Shown piece by piece: positions 33,552 to 41,878 of a stretch of DNA of 48,763 bases. The position numbers were made by a program, and so were the translations under genes. The first letter of the stretch is position 1. Each line of letters begins with the position of its first letter. The stretch is taken from the IMG/VR virus record IMGVR_UViG_3300043640_000055, positions 1-48,763 of that record; one strand, 5' to 3'. The stretch is from a virus. The notes under the pieces are model-generated. The model searched no databases. It was given only the letters and a program-made list of their open reading frames with translations, and had not been told where the DNA came from.

Positions 33552-33875
33552 TTAGGAGCGGGCAACTTCTGCCGTAATGTCCTCGGGATATCCGATCGCG
33601 CGGTAGGTGATCTTGTGGCCCTTGCTGCAAAGCTCGTCGGCGATCTTCTCGGAGGTGTATGAACTGATCGACCTCACGATCACATCGCTGCAATAAGCTC
33701 GGACGGTCGCCCACTTGACCTGTTCGCGCGCCCGCCACTTTTGCCCCTCCCATAGCTGACAGCCTCCCGGCGCGCTGCGGTCGAAGTCCGCATGGGTGGC
33801 GATCACTTCGCCAGTCGGCGTCGTCATGATTGCGATTACGCCGCGAGGTTGCGGTTTCGGTTTTTCGTCGGCCAT
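33552..33875 (-). CDS. Hypothetical protein (107 aa)
   Basis: GGAGAG RBS. Confidence 0.55.
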   Translation of the reverse strand: MADEKPKPQPRGVIAIMTTPTGEVIATHADFDRSAPGGCQLWEGQKWRAREQVKWATVRAYCSDVIVRSISSYTSEKIADELCSKGHKITYRAIGYPEDITAEVARS

Positions 33876-33962
33876 TTTTCGCTCTCCAGGTTATCAAAGA
33901 TGCTATCACAAATCACGCATCCGTACTACAAACAAAGTGCAACTTCGCTATATAAACCGGGC

Positions 33963-34214
33963 CTAACCTATACTCGAACTCTTCGAATGCAGCGTCGTTC
34001 GATCCCCCGTCAGCTTCTCGACATAGTCGTCTATTGCCGAGATTAAATCCTGTGCAGGAACGCTCGATCGTAGATTGAACATCAGGTAATGCCGTAGCGC
34101 GCCTAGTTCGACGAGGTCGGCTTTGACAGCTTCCTGTCTTGCCTCCTCCTGGCGCTTGAGTTCCTGTTCCTCGCGGAATGCTTTTGCGGCGGCTCGGTTG
34201 TCTGATTTGGTCAT
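33963..34214 (-). CDS. Hypothetical coiled-coil protein (83 aa)
   Basis: ATG 34214 after GGAG-N6. Confidence 0.5.
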   Translation of the reverse strand: MTKSDNRAAAKAFREEQELKRQEEARQEAVKADLVELGALRHYLMFNLRSSVPAQDLISAIDDYVEKLTGDRTTLHSKSSSIG

Positions 34215-34345
34215 GATCGACTCCAACGTTGTTAGAGTTGGTTCTTAACAGCGTCCGGCTCGCTTGAGGAGGGAGACGGATCGGAGCGGTTAGGGGCGCT
34301 TGTGCAGCGTCCGGCCGAATTGCAGCACGTCCAACTGTTCAACAG

Positions 34346-34579
34346 TTATTGGCTTGGCGTTCGCCACATCAGTGCCTTTTCCAACCCGAGGGCCTTCGCG
34401 ATCTTGTCGCCCGGTAGCCGGCGGCTCCGCAGAACGTCGTTGACGTATGCTGCCGATATCTCGTGTTTCGCTGCCCATGCCGCCTGCCCTCCGGTTGCAT
34501 TCACTGATTTTTGCAGACGCGCGATAACGCCATTCCAATCAAGCCACCGGCCCGGCGGTTTAGTTTCTCGGCTTCGCAT
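34346..34579 (-). CDS. Cro/YdaS-like HTH DNA-binding protein
   Basis: GGQAAWAAKHEISAAYVNDVLRSRRLPGDKIAKALGLE has an HTH layout. Confidence 0.6.
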   Translation of the reverse strand: MRSRETKPPGRWLDWNGVIARLQKSVNATGGQAAWAAKHEISAAYVNDVLRSRRLPGDKIAKALGLEKALMWRTPSQ

Positions 34580-34680
34580 CTTCTACCTCAATCTCTGTCA
34601 GGACGGGGGTGGGGAGGCGAGCCGGTCGGCAATCCGCCTGATCGTGTCGCAAGCCTTCTCCACATCCGCTTAAATCTGTT

Positions 34681-34953
34681 TCACTCTGACACTGTTGGTT
34701 GCTGTTGGACCTTCAAGTCAGGAGAGGGCGTCATGTCGGTGCGGGTCGGGCAATAGCGATGGGTGCAAAACTTGTGCAGCAGTGTATCTGCCTTCAGGCC
34801 GCACTCTGGGCACGCCTCGACCGGGTTCGCTAGTTTCAGAATTTCGTCTGCAATCTTCCCCGCGCCGTCATCCCATCCGCGATGGCGGGGCCAGTCTTTC
34901 GGCTCGGGGTCATAGTGTTCGCGGATCAGAGCAATGATATCGTCTTTGGTCAT
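34681..34953 (-). CDS. Small Cys/His protein (90 aa)
   Basis: ATG 34953 after AAGGAG. ACPECGLKADTLLHKFCTHRYC. Confidence 0.5.
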   Translation of the reverse strand: MTKDDIIALIREHYDPEPKDWPRHRGWDDGAGKIADEILKLANPVEACPECGLKADTLLHKFCTHRYCPTRTDMTPSPDLKVQQQPTVSE

Positions 34954-35014
34954 GTGGCGCTCCTTGTTGCTTGTACTATTTAATCGCAGCGACATTCGAA
35001 AAACGGTAACTGCT

Positions 35015-35050
35015 GCTAGGGTGATCGCGATATTTCTCAGATCGTTCGGG
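35015..35050 (-). repeat. Intergenic repeat R2, copy 2
   Basis: gctagggtgatcgcgatatttctcagatcgttcggg, 61 nt upstream of ATG 34953. Confidence 0.9.
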
Positions 35051-35080
35051 CGTAACTTTCTACGATGCTCGTCGCCATGC

Positions 35081-35410
35081 TCAAGAGCGCGGGGCCCCAC
35101 AGGTGCATTCCTTTTCCCCGTCACGACAATCGGTGCAGTCATAACGGCTGCGGCGTTGGCGCGCGTTCTCTGGTAAGTAAGGGCAGTTATAGAGGGGGCC
35201 GTTCGGCATAGACGAGCAGTCCGCATTGCAGGGGCAATCGACCTTATCAGTATCCTCTTTGGCCGTAGCAAAGGCCGCGGCGATCTCGGCAATGCGCTGG
35301 CCCAAGGCTTGCGGCGAGGGGCGTTTCTCAGGCGAGCATTCGAGCCATACCCTAGTGACGATCGCGATTTCGTCCGCAGCATCTTTGCACTCGTCGCGAA
35401 TAGTCTTCAT
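35081..35410 (-). CDS. Cys-rich protein (109 aa)
   Basis: ATG 35410 after GAGAGGA. C-terminal DCPCNADC...YNCPY...YDCTDCRDGEKECTCG. Confidence 0.5.
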   Translation of the reverse strand: MKTIRDECKDAADEIAIVTRVWLECSPEKRPSPQALGQRIAEIAAAFATAKEDTDKVDCPCNADCSSMPNGPLYNCPYLPENARQRRSRYDCTDCRDGEKECTCGAPRS

Positions 35411-35468
35411 CCTCTCATTCCTCTCCATTGCTCGGTTGTCAGATTGAATCCTTAATCGCGGTGTCTTT

Positions 35469-35828
35469 TCAGATTGGTGGGTGGGGGATTGAATCTGGGT
35501 CCGTCAGGTCGGCGTAGGAAAATGTTTTATCCTCCGGCCACCACTTCATGCCCTGCGGATGCGTTCCTGGTGTCTCCGGCGAACGAACCCTTGCGGTCAC
35601 CAAGTCAGGGCGCGGTCGCGGGCCGGGCGGATACTTCGGGTCAACAAGCGCGAACCAGCCATCGCATTTCTCGCAATGGTTTGGATAATTTATGATGTCG
35701 TACAGGATTGCTGTCGGCGCGGTTTCGAGAGAATAAACCGTCATGTCGCAATTCCACTCTTTGCTTTGAAACTCGACCGTCTTGCTACAGTGCGGACAAG
35801 CAACGTAAACACTATCGAATAGTCCCAT
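35469..35828 (-). CDS. Zn-ribbon protein (119 aa)
   Basis: ACPHCSKT...HCEKCDGW. Confidence 0.55.
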   Translation of the reverse strand: MGLFDSVYVACPHCSKTVEFQSKEWNCDMTVYSLETAPTAILYDIINYPNHCEKCDGWFALVDPKYPPGPRPRPDLVTARVRSPETPGTHPQGMKWWPEDKTFSYADLTDPDSIPHPPI

Positions 35829-35846
35829 GGTGCATCTCTTTCAGTT

Positions 35847-35893
35847 GCTAGGGTGATCGCGATATTTCTCAGATCATTCGGCGGTCGATTGAA
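35847..35893 (-). repeat. Intergenic repeat R2, copy 3
   Basis: gctagggtgatcgcgatatttctcagatcattcggcggtcgattgaa, 19 nt upstream of ATG 35828. No start codon is available in any frame through it. Confidence 0.9.
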
Positions 35894-35948
35894 TTGGTGT
35901 TCGAACGCGAACTAAAGCGCCGGGAGAAGGCCAAGGACCGGTGAGGGG

Positions 35949-36494
35949 TCATCCGGCGGCCACCAATTCGAACGGCGGCAGCGTGAATTTCCCACGCCAT
36001 GTCCGCCACGCCTCAGTTACGGCTCCGGTGCCGGGGAATAGGTCCGTCAGGTCATCCTCGGGTCGCGCGCCTAGCAGCTCAAACGCCCAATGGCAGACGG
36101 CCTCGGGCTTCGCCCCGGTCAGACCGCGCCGCAGCGTGATGCTTTCCTGAATCCAGTCGCGCATGACGAGGCGCTTGCTCACCACGGGCTTGCGAGCGGC
36201 CCTGATGAAAACCGGCTCCCACGCATAGGCCACGGACACGTTCCGCTTGAAGGCCGCGAAACCCTTCACCCAGGAGCAGTGACGGGCGCCAGTCTTGAGC
36301 AACAGCGGGGCATACAGGGCTTGCGATTCCGGCGTGGCGCTCGCGTGCAGCACCCAGCCGTCAAACTCGTCCTGAAGACGCTGGACGAGCCTGACATGCG
36401 TTTGCGGATCATCCCAATCGAGTGCCTCGGGATGGTGCGCGGCGTAGAGCTTGCCGCAGCCGAAATAAACCGGATCAGCGTAACCGAGCCTCAT
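35949..36494 (-). CDS. Putative beta-class DNA methyltransferase (short form), orphan
   Basis: N-terminal YADPVYFG (DPPY-like) and C-terminal GAKPEAVCHWAFELLGARPEDDLTDLFPGTGAV (KP...DPF.GSG-like). ATGA-coupled to the upstream gene. Confidence 0.5.
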   Translation of the reverse strand: MRLGYADPVYFGCGKLYAAHHPEALDWDDPQTHVRLVQRLQDEFDGWVLHASATPESQALYAPLLLKTGARHCSWVKGFAAFKRNVSVAYAWEPVFIRAARKPVVSKRLVMRDWIQESITLRRGLTGAKPEAVCHWAFELLGARPEDDLTDLFPGTGAVTEAWRTWRGKFTLPPFELVAAG

Positions 36495-36901
36495 CCCACC
36501 ACCCCGCAAGAAGGGGGGAGGGGAGGGAGTCCATACTTTCCTTCAGCCGCGTAAAGTTCGGCTCGCTGGCGCCACCACTCCCTCAGACTAGCGGGCATGT
36601 CGTCAAAGGATTTGAACTCGCGCCTGTCCCTTTGGGCGATGGCCGAATTGTCTTTTTGGAACAGCTTGCGCGCTTGCTCGTCACGGCTCATGGCGACTCC
36701 CCGGAGGGAGAGGGAGGCCCTGATCGCTTGGGCGGCCTCGTAAGAATGGCGGTCGGCTATCTCTGCGAACGGCTCCCGCATCGCCTCCACAGCGACCCGC
36801 ATCAGATCCGGCCAAATCCGATCTAGCGGCTGATTGATAAGCTCCCGCCGCTTCGCGCGCATCGCTTCCGCGCCACGCTCGATGATGTCCGGCCCCCTCA
36901 T
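36491..36901 (-). CDS. Hypothetical protein (136 aa)
   Basis: ORF track. First gene downstream of attP on the leftward strand. Confidence 0.5.
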   Translation of the reverse strand: MRGPDIIERGAEAMRAKRRELINQPLDRIWPDLMRVAVEAMREPFAEIADRHSYEAAQAIRASLSLRGVAMSRDEQARKLFQKDNSAIAQRDRREFKSFDDMPASLREWWRQRAELYAAEGKYGLPPLPPSCGVVG

Positions 36902-37057
36902 GACTGCACCGGAAGCGCGGGGAGGGAACCGGAAACCGTCAATAGCCCGTCAATAGCAAAACCGGGTCTGTTCCGGCTGCGTTCGTGGGCCGTTCGCAGT
37001 CGGCGTGGCACCAATTCCCCTGATTTTGTTGACAAAAGGGGCCGGGTTCTATCGTTT

Positions 37058-37099
37058 ACACCGAGAGGGTCGGCGGTTCGAATCCGTCGCCGCCTACCA
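37058..37099 (+). other. attP core candidate: tRNA 3'-end-like segment (variable loop, T-arm GGCGG-TTCGAAT-CCGTC, acceptor GCCGCCT-A-CCA)
   Basis: Read directly. No matching 5' half upstream, so it is a fragment. Its last 6 nt overlap the integrase stop region. Isotype not assignable by eye. Confidence 0.6.
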
Positions 37100-38389
37100 G
37101 TTAACAAGTTGAAGATGCGAAGGTTTTTCATTTTTCCTTGCCCCAATTCTAGCCAGTTCATTACGATTCAATCGAACTTCAATAGCGAATAGCCGCCTTG
37201 AGCACTTGGTCTGCAACTGTTGCATGACGAAATCCGTCGCCAGTGCCACGTCCGCCAAGTACTCCGGATCGAACGCCTCGTAATTGTCCGTCGTCCGGGA
37301 GCCCTCCTTGACGGCATGGCCCATCCAGAGCGAGCGCTGCTCACGGGTGACGCCGCGGCACAGCCGCTTGACCATCGTCGGCATGAAATGTCGGAAGCAG
37401 CCCGGCGTCAGCCCGGCCTTGCCGATCGCCTTCTTGACGCTGGCGACCTGTTCGCCCTGATAGACCAGCAGCGGGCCATCGCCCCATTTGTCCAGCCAGC
37501 CGCCAAGGCACCGGGTTTCCGTGATCGTCGGCCGGCGCTTGTTGGTCTGCGCCCGGTCGGCCTGGTTGAGATAGATCAGGCCGTTCTCGCGCTGGGCCTT
37601 GGGGTCGAACTCCGCGACGGCCTCGGGCCTCGCCCATGTGTTCAAGGCGATGATCGCGAACCGGAATAGGTGTTCGTGCTTGAGGGCGTCCAGCGCCGCC
37701 GCCATGGCTTCTATCGATAGCTTGTTGTGGCGCGGCATGGATGCTGGGATTTTCAGATCCTTCGCAATCCGGCCGCGCTTGTAGACGAACTTCGGAGCGT
37801 GCGTCATCAGGGCGGTTTCAACGTCCTGTCCGAACGGATCCTTGCGTAGCTTGATCTCGGTCATCTCATTGAAGGCTGCGCAGATCACGTCCAGCCGCCG
37901 CTCGATCGATGCCGGCGTGTGGCCGAACTTGTCGGACAGCCATTTGGAAAACTCAAGCTGCCGGGCTGGCGTCCAGAACGATACTGGCGCCATCGGGTTT
38001 TTGACGTGCTCATTGAGGTATTGCTTGGCAAGGTCGCAGGCCCGGTCAGCATCCGACGAACTGCGTATCGTCGTGGCGTGGCCGTCCAGATAATTAGTGA
38101 GCGCGGCCACCGTCATGATTCGATCAGGACCGGGGATTGCCCCGTCTTTGGTGGCGGGGGCGGAAAGGACGAGGGCAGCGAGCGCGGTTTTGCCCGCCTC
38201 CCAATCCGTTGTGCCAAGAGTGCGACGGCGGACAACGCCAGCTCCGGAGTCATACCGGCAGGCATAGACGAATCCCCCTCGGGTGGGGTGGGGACGGTCG
38301 AGATAGAAGCCGCCGATTTCAAAGGGATCGTCGGCGCCTGGGGCGGAAACGGGTTTAACGGGCTCTCCTGCTGGCTTGGCGCGGCGCAT
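37094..38389 (-). CDS. int: Tyrosine integrase
   Basis: N-terminal arm-type segment FYLDRPHPTRGGFVYACRYDSGAGVVRRRTLGT. Catalytic-region elements ALNTWARPEAV, CFRHFMPT, LWMGHAV and RTTDNYEAF. ATG 38389 is preferred over 38449. Confidence 0.85.
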   Translation of the reverse strand: MRRAKPAGEPVKPVSAPGADDPFEIGGFYLDRPHPTRGGFVYACRYDSGAGVVRRRTLGTTDWEAGKTALAALVLSAPATKDGAIPGPDRIMTVAALTNYLDGHATTIRSSSDADRACDLAKQYLNEHVKNPMAPVSFWTPARQLEFSKWLSDKFGHTPASIERRLDVICAAFNEMTEIKLRKDPFGQDVETALMTHAPKFVYKRGRIAKDLKIPASMPRHNKLSIEAMAAALDALKHEHLFRFAIIALNTWARPEAVAEFDPKAQRENGLIYLNQADRAQTNKRRPTITETRCLGGWLDKWGDGPLLVYQGEQVASVKKAIGKAGLTPGCFRHFMPTMVKRLCRGVTREQRSLWMGHAVKEGSRTTDNYEAFDPEYLADVALATDFVMQQLQTKCSRRLFAIEVRLNRNELARIGARKNEKPSHLQLVNW

Positions 38390-38652
38390 GGTTTCCCCTT
38401 CAGGTACGTCCGATCGATGTAATCCTGCACCTGTTCGGCGGTGTAGCAAGGGCCATCACGGAAGCCGTAGAACTGAATTAGCTCTTTTCGGCGTGCTTTC
38501 CGCAGTTCTTTGGCCGTCAGCATGGGCCACCGGGCCGTCACTTCGGCCTCGGAAAGATAATCGGATGGAGGGATTGCCCGGGTCAACTTTCCCTCTCCCG
38601 TATATTTTCGGGGGTGGGAGGGTTCACCGCACCAGCCAGATTGCTTCGGCAA
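38113..38652 (-). CDS. Excisionase-like HTH ORF; its 3' ~277 nt overlap int out of frame
   Basis: LSEAEVTARWPMLTAKELRKARRKELIQFYGFRDGPCYTAEQVQDYIDR resembles Xis/AlpA-type HTH. A likely GTG start at 38541 follows GAGG-N5. No stop occurs until 38113, where TGA overlaps an in-frame int ATG (ATGA). Confidence 0.4.
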   Translation of the reverse strand: MPKQSGWCGEPSHPRKYTGEGKLTRAIPPSDYLSEAEVTARWPMLTAKELRKARRKELIQFYGFRDGPCYTAEQVQDYIDRTYLKGKPCAAPSQQESPLNPFPPQAPTIPLKSAASISTVPTPPEGDSSMPAGMTPELALSAVALLAQRIGRRAKPRSLPSSFPPPPPKTGQSPVLIES

Positions 38653-38662
38653 TCATCGGTCA

Positions 38663-38977
38663 TCATGGAGCGGAGCCTGCTTCACCGCTTGCGAACGGGT
38701 CGAGGCAGTGGCATTCCGCCGTGCCTTCCTCGCACTTTTGATACCGGGGGCAGTCGCTTTTTCGAGACGACTCCGCAGGCGGATTTGCGGCTAACGACAT
38801 TTGGTAAAACGGAAGCTTGCGCTCTTTGCGAAGCGTGTTGGCAACTTCGCCGCGTCCATAATTCATGAGCCAGCTATTGCGCCCGTCGTGTCCTGCCGGA
38901 AGTTGAAGGATGAGATTTTCGGCCCACTTCTGCCGGTCCATCCCGCTTTGAATTTCTGCTGCCGTTTCGTAGCTCAT
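38663..38977 (-). CDS. Hypothetical protein (104 aa)
   Basis: ATG 38977 after AGAGAGGG. C-terminal CPRYQKCEEGTAECHC. Confidence 0.5.
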   Translation of the reverse strand: MSYETAAEIQSGMDRQKWAENLILQLPAGHDGRNSWLMNYGRGEVANTLRKERKLPFYQMSLAANPPAESSRKSDCPRYQKCEEGTAECHCLDPFASGEAGSAP

Positions 38978-38999
38978 GGTGAAGCCCTCTCTAATGTTG

Positions 39000-39010
39000 C
39001 CTGACTTCTC
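39000..39010 (+). repeat. CCTGACTTCTC motif, copy E
   Basis: Read directly. Lies 23 nt upstream (leftward sense) of ATG 38977, on the opposite strand. Confidence 0.9.
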
Positions 39011-39026
39011 AGGCGTTGAAGCAATC

Positions 39027-39266
39027 TCAGGTGTCGCGCTGAATCGTCTCGTGTGTTGGAAGCGCAGCACGGCCGGCGGGGGTGATGCCGACGTAGCGGG
39101 CTGGGATGTCGTCGCCAATTACATAGCCGCCCGCGAATAAAGCCCTGACAACCCGTGGCTGAACACACAGGCTGTAAAAAATATGGCTAGTGGTCCTGCC
39201 ACTCGGAAGACCTGCCAAGTAGGTCAGAATCCGCACTTGGTTATCGCTCAGTTTCCCCTTGCTCAT
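39027..39266 (-). CDS. Hypothetical protein (79 aa), possibly winged-helix
   Basis: ATGA-coupled. LSDNQVRILTYLAGLPSGRTTSHI. Confidence 0.5.
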   Translation of the reverse strand: MSKGKLSDNQVRILTYLAGLPSGRTTSHIFYSLCVQPRVVRALFAGGYVIGDDIPARYVGITPAGRAALPTHETIQRDT

Positions 39267-40210
39267 GGGCGGGAGCCCGATTTCATGGCGCGGATATCGT
39301 CTGCGGCCATCTCGTGGTCTATGGCGTGAGTTTCGCAGTCCGCGCCTAGCTTGTTGTCTTGGTTTACGGCGGCAATTGCCTTGCAGTCGGCAGCTTCCTT
39401 GTCGTGATATTGCGCGGCTTCCTCCAATGCTGCATTCCGCACGTCAGCCAGCGCCACCCCCTCATCCTTGGGATTGACGAGGGTGAGTAGGGCGTCGGCG
39501 TCTTCCAGTTGTGTTTGGCGAGCCTCGGCAGAAACTTCACGCCACTCGGGCATGAAGGGCTTACCGTGAAGCTTCGTCATCCGATCGCGGACTCGATTGT
39601 AGTGCATCTCCGCAACCGCCTCCCGACCAACCAGTGAAGGCGGGCGGGCAGGAGGTTGGGAATCTCCTGATACCGGGGGAAGGGCGGTGAGGGGCCTGAT
39701 GTGCTCAATAGCTTCTTCGATCAACTCGTAAGCGTTCGATCCGGCGGCGTCGGAATGGCCGCCGTTGCCGACGTGGTCATCCAGATACGCTTGGCATCGG
39801 CGAGCGAAATCCGTCAATCCCTCAACAGTCGAAACCCCCTCAACGGCAGGAGGCTGGGCAGATCGGAGGGCGGCGATACGTAGAGCGGCGGCAACAATGC
39901 TGTATTCGTGCCTCATACCTTCGCCCATAGATGTGCTACGGGATAAGGCTTCGTATCCAGCAATCAAGCCGTTAAAATCTTCTGCGGCAAACTCAGCCTC
40001 CCTTACCCCATCTGGCCCGCAGTCGGATGGGGCGGAGCGGGTGTTCCACACGGCTATTGCTGCGCTGGGACTGGGCCGCTCTTTGCTGGTTCGGCAATTG
40101 GTGCATCGTGCGACGGCGCATTCGATAATGCCGGTGCCATCATCGTTCTCGTGATGAATATCCAACTGCGCGGCAGAACCGCAAAACGGGCATCCCAAAA
40201 GGTCTGTCAT
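39263..40210 (-). CDS. Lar-like Zn-ribbon (restriction-alleviation family) fused to a ~250-aa uncharacterised domain
   Basis: N-terminal CPFCGSAAQL...IECAVARCTNC...AAIAVWNTR fits the Lar pattern CPFCG...C..C....A...WN.R. I do not recognise the remainder. Confidence 0.6.
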   Translation of the reverse strand: MTDLLGCPFCGSAAQLDIHHENDDGTGIIECAVARCTNCRTSKERPSPSAAIAVWNTRSAPSDCGPDGVREAEFAAEDFNGLIAGYEALSRSTSMGEGMRHEYSIVAAALRIAALRSAQPPAVEGVSTVEGLTDFARRCQAYLDDHVGNGGHSDAAGSNAYELIEEAIEHIRPLTALPPVSGDSQPPARPPSLVGREAVAEMHYNRVRDRMTKLHGKPFMPEWREVSAEARQTQLEDADALLTLVNPKDEGVALADVRNAALEEAAQYHDKEAADCKAIAAVNQDNKLGADCETHAIDHEMAADDIRAMKSGSRP

Positions 40211-40698
40211 GACGCTTCACCGATAATTTCTCGGGCGGCCGCCAGGGCGTCCTTCCATGTACGGCCCTTCGCGATCTCGCGTGGGAGGCTTTCGCTGATG
40301 CCAAATTCGATCGCCAGCGTCTTCGCGCTTTCGCCACGCAAACGACGAACCGCGATCTCGACAGCGCTTTCAAAATTCAGACGGGCATTTCTGCGATTGC
40401 GCGCTTGATCGACGGGCGTTGCCCATCGGCAATTCATTGGCTCGTAATTACCATCGTTGTCGGGGTAGCGATCCAGCGTTGTGCCTGGCGGCCGGTCACC
40501 CATGTCCGTCAGAAAATTCTTAAAAGTCTTCCAGCGCTGGCAAACCGTTATCCCGCGGGCTGCATGTTTTTGGTCTACATCTCGCTCCACGTAACGAACG
40601 CGGGCCAGCATAGCTTGCCACGAATAGTAGGTTGGCGAGTATGTGTTACCGATGGTGTGGCCGTGCGTTACGCCATTGCGGTTGCCCTTAGGAGCCAT
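40207..40698 (-). CDS. DNA-binding protein of phage AP2/HNH-associated type plus C-terminal HTH
   Basis: ATG 40698 after GGAGG-N5. YYSWQAMLARVRY...RGITVCQRWKTFKNFLTDMGDRPPGTTLDRYPDNDGNYEPMNCRWAT. Confidence 0.5.
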   Translation of the reverse strand: MAPKGNRNGVTHGHTIGNTYSPTYYSWQAMLARVRYVERDVDQKHAARGITVCQRWKTFKNFLTDMGDRPPGTTLDRYPDNDGNYEPMNCRWATPVDQARNRRNARLNFESAVEIAVRRLRGESAKTLAIEFGISESLPREIAKGRTWKDALAAAREIIGEAS

Positions 40699-40752
40699 AT
40701 CGACCTCCACACGGGGCCAGCGCCACGTCCCTGGTGGGTTGAGATTTGGGGG

Positions 40753-41103
40753 TCATCGTTCACGTCCTGCTTCTCGGATGGTGCCGTCGAACCGGCGCCA
40801 GCGGGTAATTGTGCGGGGCTTCTGGATGCCCTTGTCGCGGTCGCTGATGCGCTTTGTCTTGGCGATCAGCGGTATGTCGTGTTTGTTGGTTTTCTCCAGG
40901 TGGCACGGATGGCAGAGAACCTTGCAATTCCACAATTCAGGCTCGCCGCCTAAGCCGTCCGCAATGTCGTGGTCGTAATGAAACTTGCCCTTGGTCAGCT
41001 TTGCAGCGCACGGCTCGCCATCGGGCTTAATGCCCTCGCACTTGCCGTCCGCGCGCATGAAGGCGTCACGCTTGACCAACTTTGAGAACTCGCGGCGGCT
41101 CAT
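40753..41103 (-). CDS. HNH endonuclease
   Basis: FHYDHDIADGLGGEPELWNCKVLCHPCHLEKT. ATGA-coupled to the upstream gene. Confidence 0.75.
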   Translation of the reverse strand: MSRREFSKLVKRDAFMRADGKCEGIKPDGEPCAAKLTKGKFHYDHDIADGLGGEPELWNCKVLCHPCHLEKTNKHDIPLIAKTKRISDRDKGIQKPRTITRWRRFDGTIREAGRER

Positions 41104-41423
41104 AGTCTCATCTCCGCTCGCTTGTTGGCATTCTCGGATGACCACTCCTGAAACTTCATCTTCAGGTATTCCAATTGAACCCGGAGCCTGTTCGCGGCGC
41201 GGCGGGCATTTACGATTGCCTCGATGTGCCGGCGCCACTCGGGAGACGCCTTTACAAGCGCCTCCGCTTTGTTGATGGACATTTCCCCAAGCGCCAGCAT
41301 CCGCTCAGACATGACCGCGCTCTTGGTGTCCTCAAGGATTGAGGCGGCGGCGTCAGCATCCACCCACTGCTTGGATACAATGCGGTACTGCTCGGACCAT
41401 GGGAGGTTGGGGACGGCGTTCAT
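41100..41423 (-). CDS. Hypothetical recombination-module protein (107 aa)
   Basis: ORF track; lies between the SSB and HNH genes. Confidence 0.55.
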   Translation of the reverse strand: MNAVPNLPWSEQYRIVSKQWVDADAAASILEDTKSAVMSERMLALGEMSINKAEALVKASPEWRRHIEAIVNARRAANRLRVQLEYLKMKFQEWSSENANKRAEMRL

Positions 41424-41424
41424 G

Positions 41425-41877
41425 TTAATACGGAATCTCGTCGTTGATATCGGCGCTGGCGTGAGACGCGCGCTTCTCGGCAGCGGGGCGCTGGTCGTGA
41501 TGCTCGGAATCCGGGTCAGCGGCGGCCTTGCCGTCCAGCATCGTCAGGACCGAGTTGAAGGCTTGTAGGACAACCTCGGTCGAATACTTTTCGACGCCCG
41601 CTTGATCGGTCCATTTGCGGGTTTGCAAAGCGCCCTCAAGATAGACCTTCGCGCCCTTCTTCAAATACTGCTCCGCAACCTTGCAGAGCGGTTCGGAGAA
41701 GATGACGACACGATGCCATTCCGTCTTCTCCTTGCGCTCGCCGCTGTTCTTGTCCCGCCAGCTTTCGGAGGTTGCGACCGTCAGGTTGACGATCGGTCGG
41801 CCATCCTGGGTCCGACGCATTTCAGGGTCTTTGCCCAAATTCCCGATGATGATGACTTTGTTCACGCTTCCGGCCAT
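41425..41877 (-). CDS. ssb: Single-stranded DNA-binding protein
   Basis: [43 protein letters not shown]...TEWHRVV OB fold. Acidic tail ending NDEIPY. Confidence 0.9.
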   Translation of the reverse strand: MAGSVNKVIIIGNLGKDPEMRRTQDGRPIVNLTVATSESWRDKNSGERKEKTEWHRVVIFSEPLCKVAEQYLKKGAKVYLEGALQTRKWTDQAGVEKYSTEVVLQAFNSVLTMLDGKAAADPDSEHHDQRPAAEKRASHASADINDEIPY

Positions 41878-41878
41878 G

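Noticed and set aside
34681-35382. 233-aa minus-strand ORF in the track
   Set aside because: It reads through an intergenic R2 repeat and overlaps 35081..35410 out of frame. Its N-terminal two-thirds is Arg/Ala/Pro-rich low-complexity sequence. The RBS-supported gene is 34681..34953 only.
36898-37161. 87-aa minus-strand ORF across attP
   Set aside because: It overlaps the tRNA-like fragment and the integrase 3' end, has no RBS, and has an arbitrary composition.
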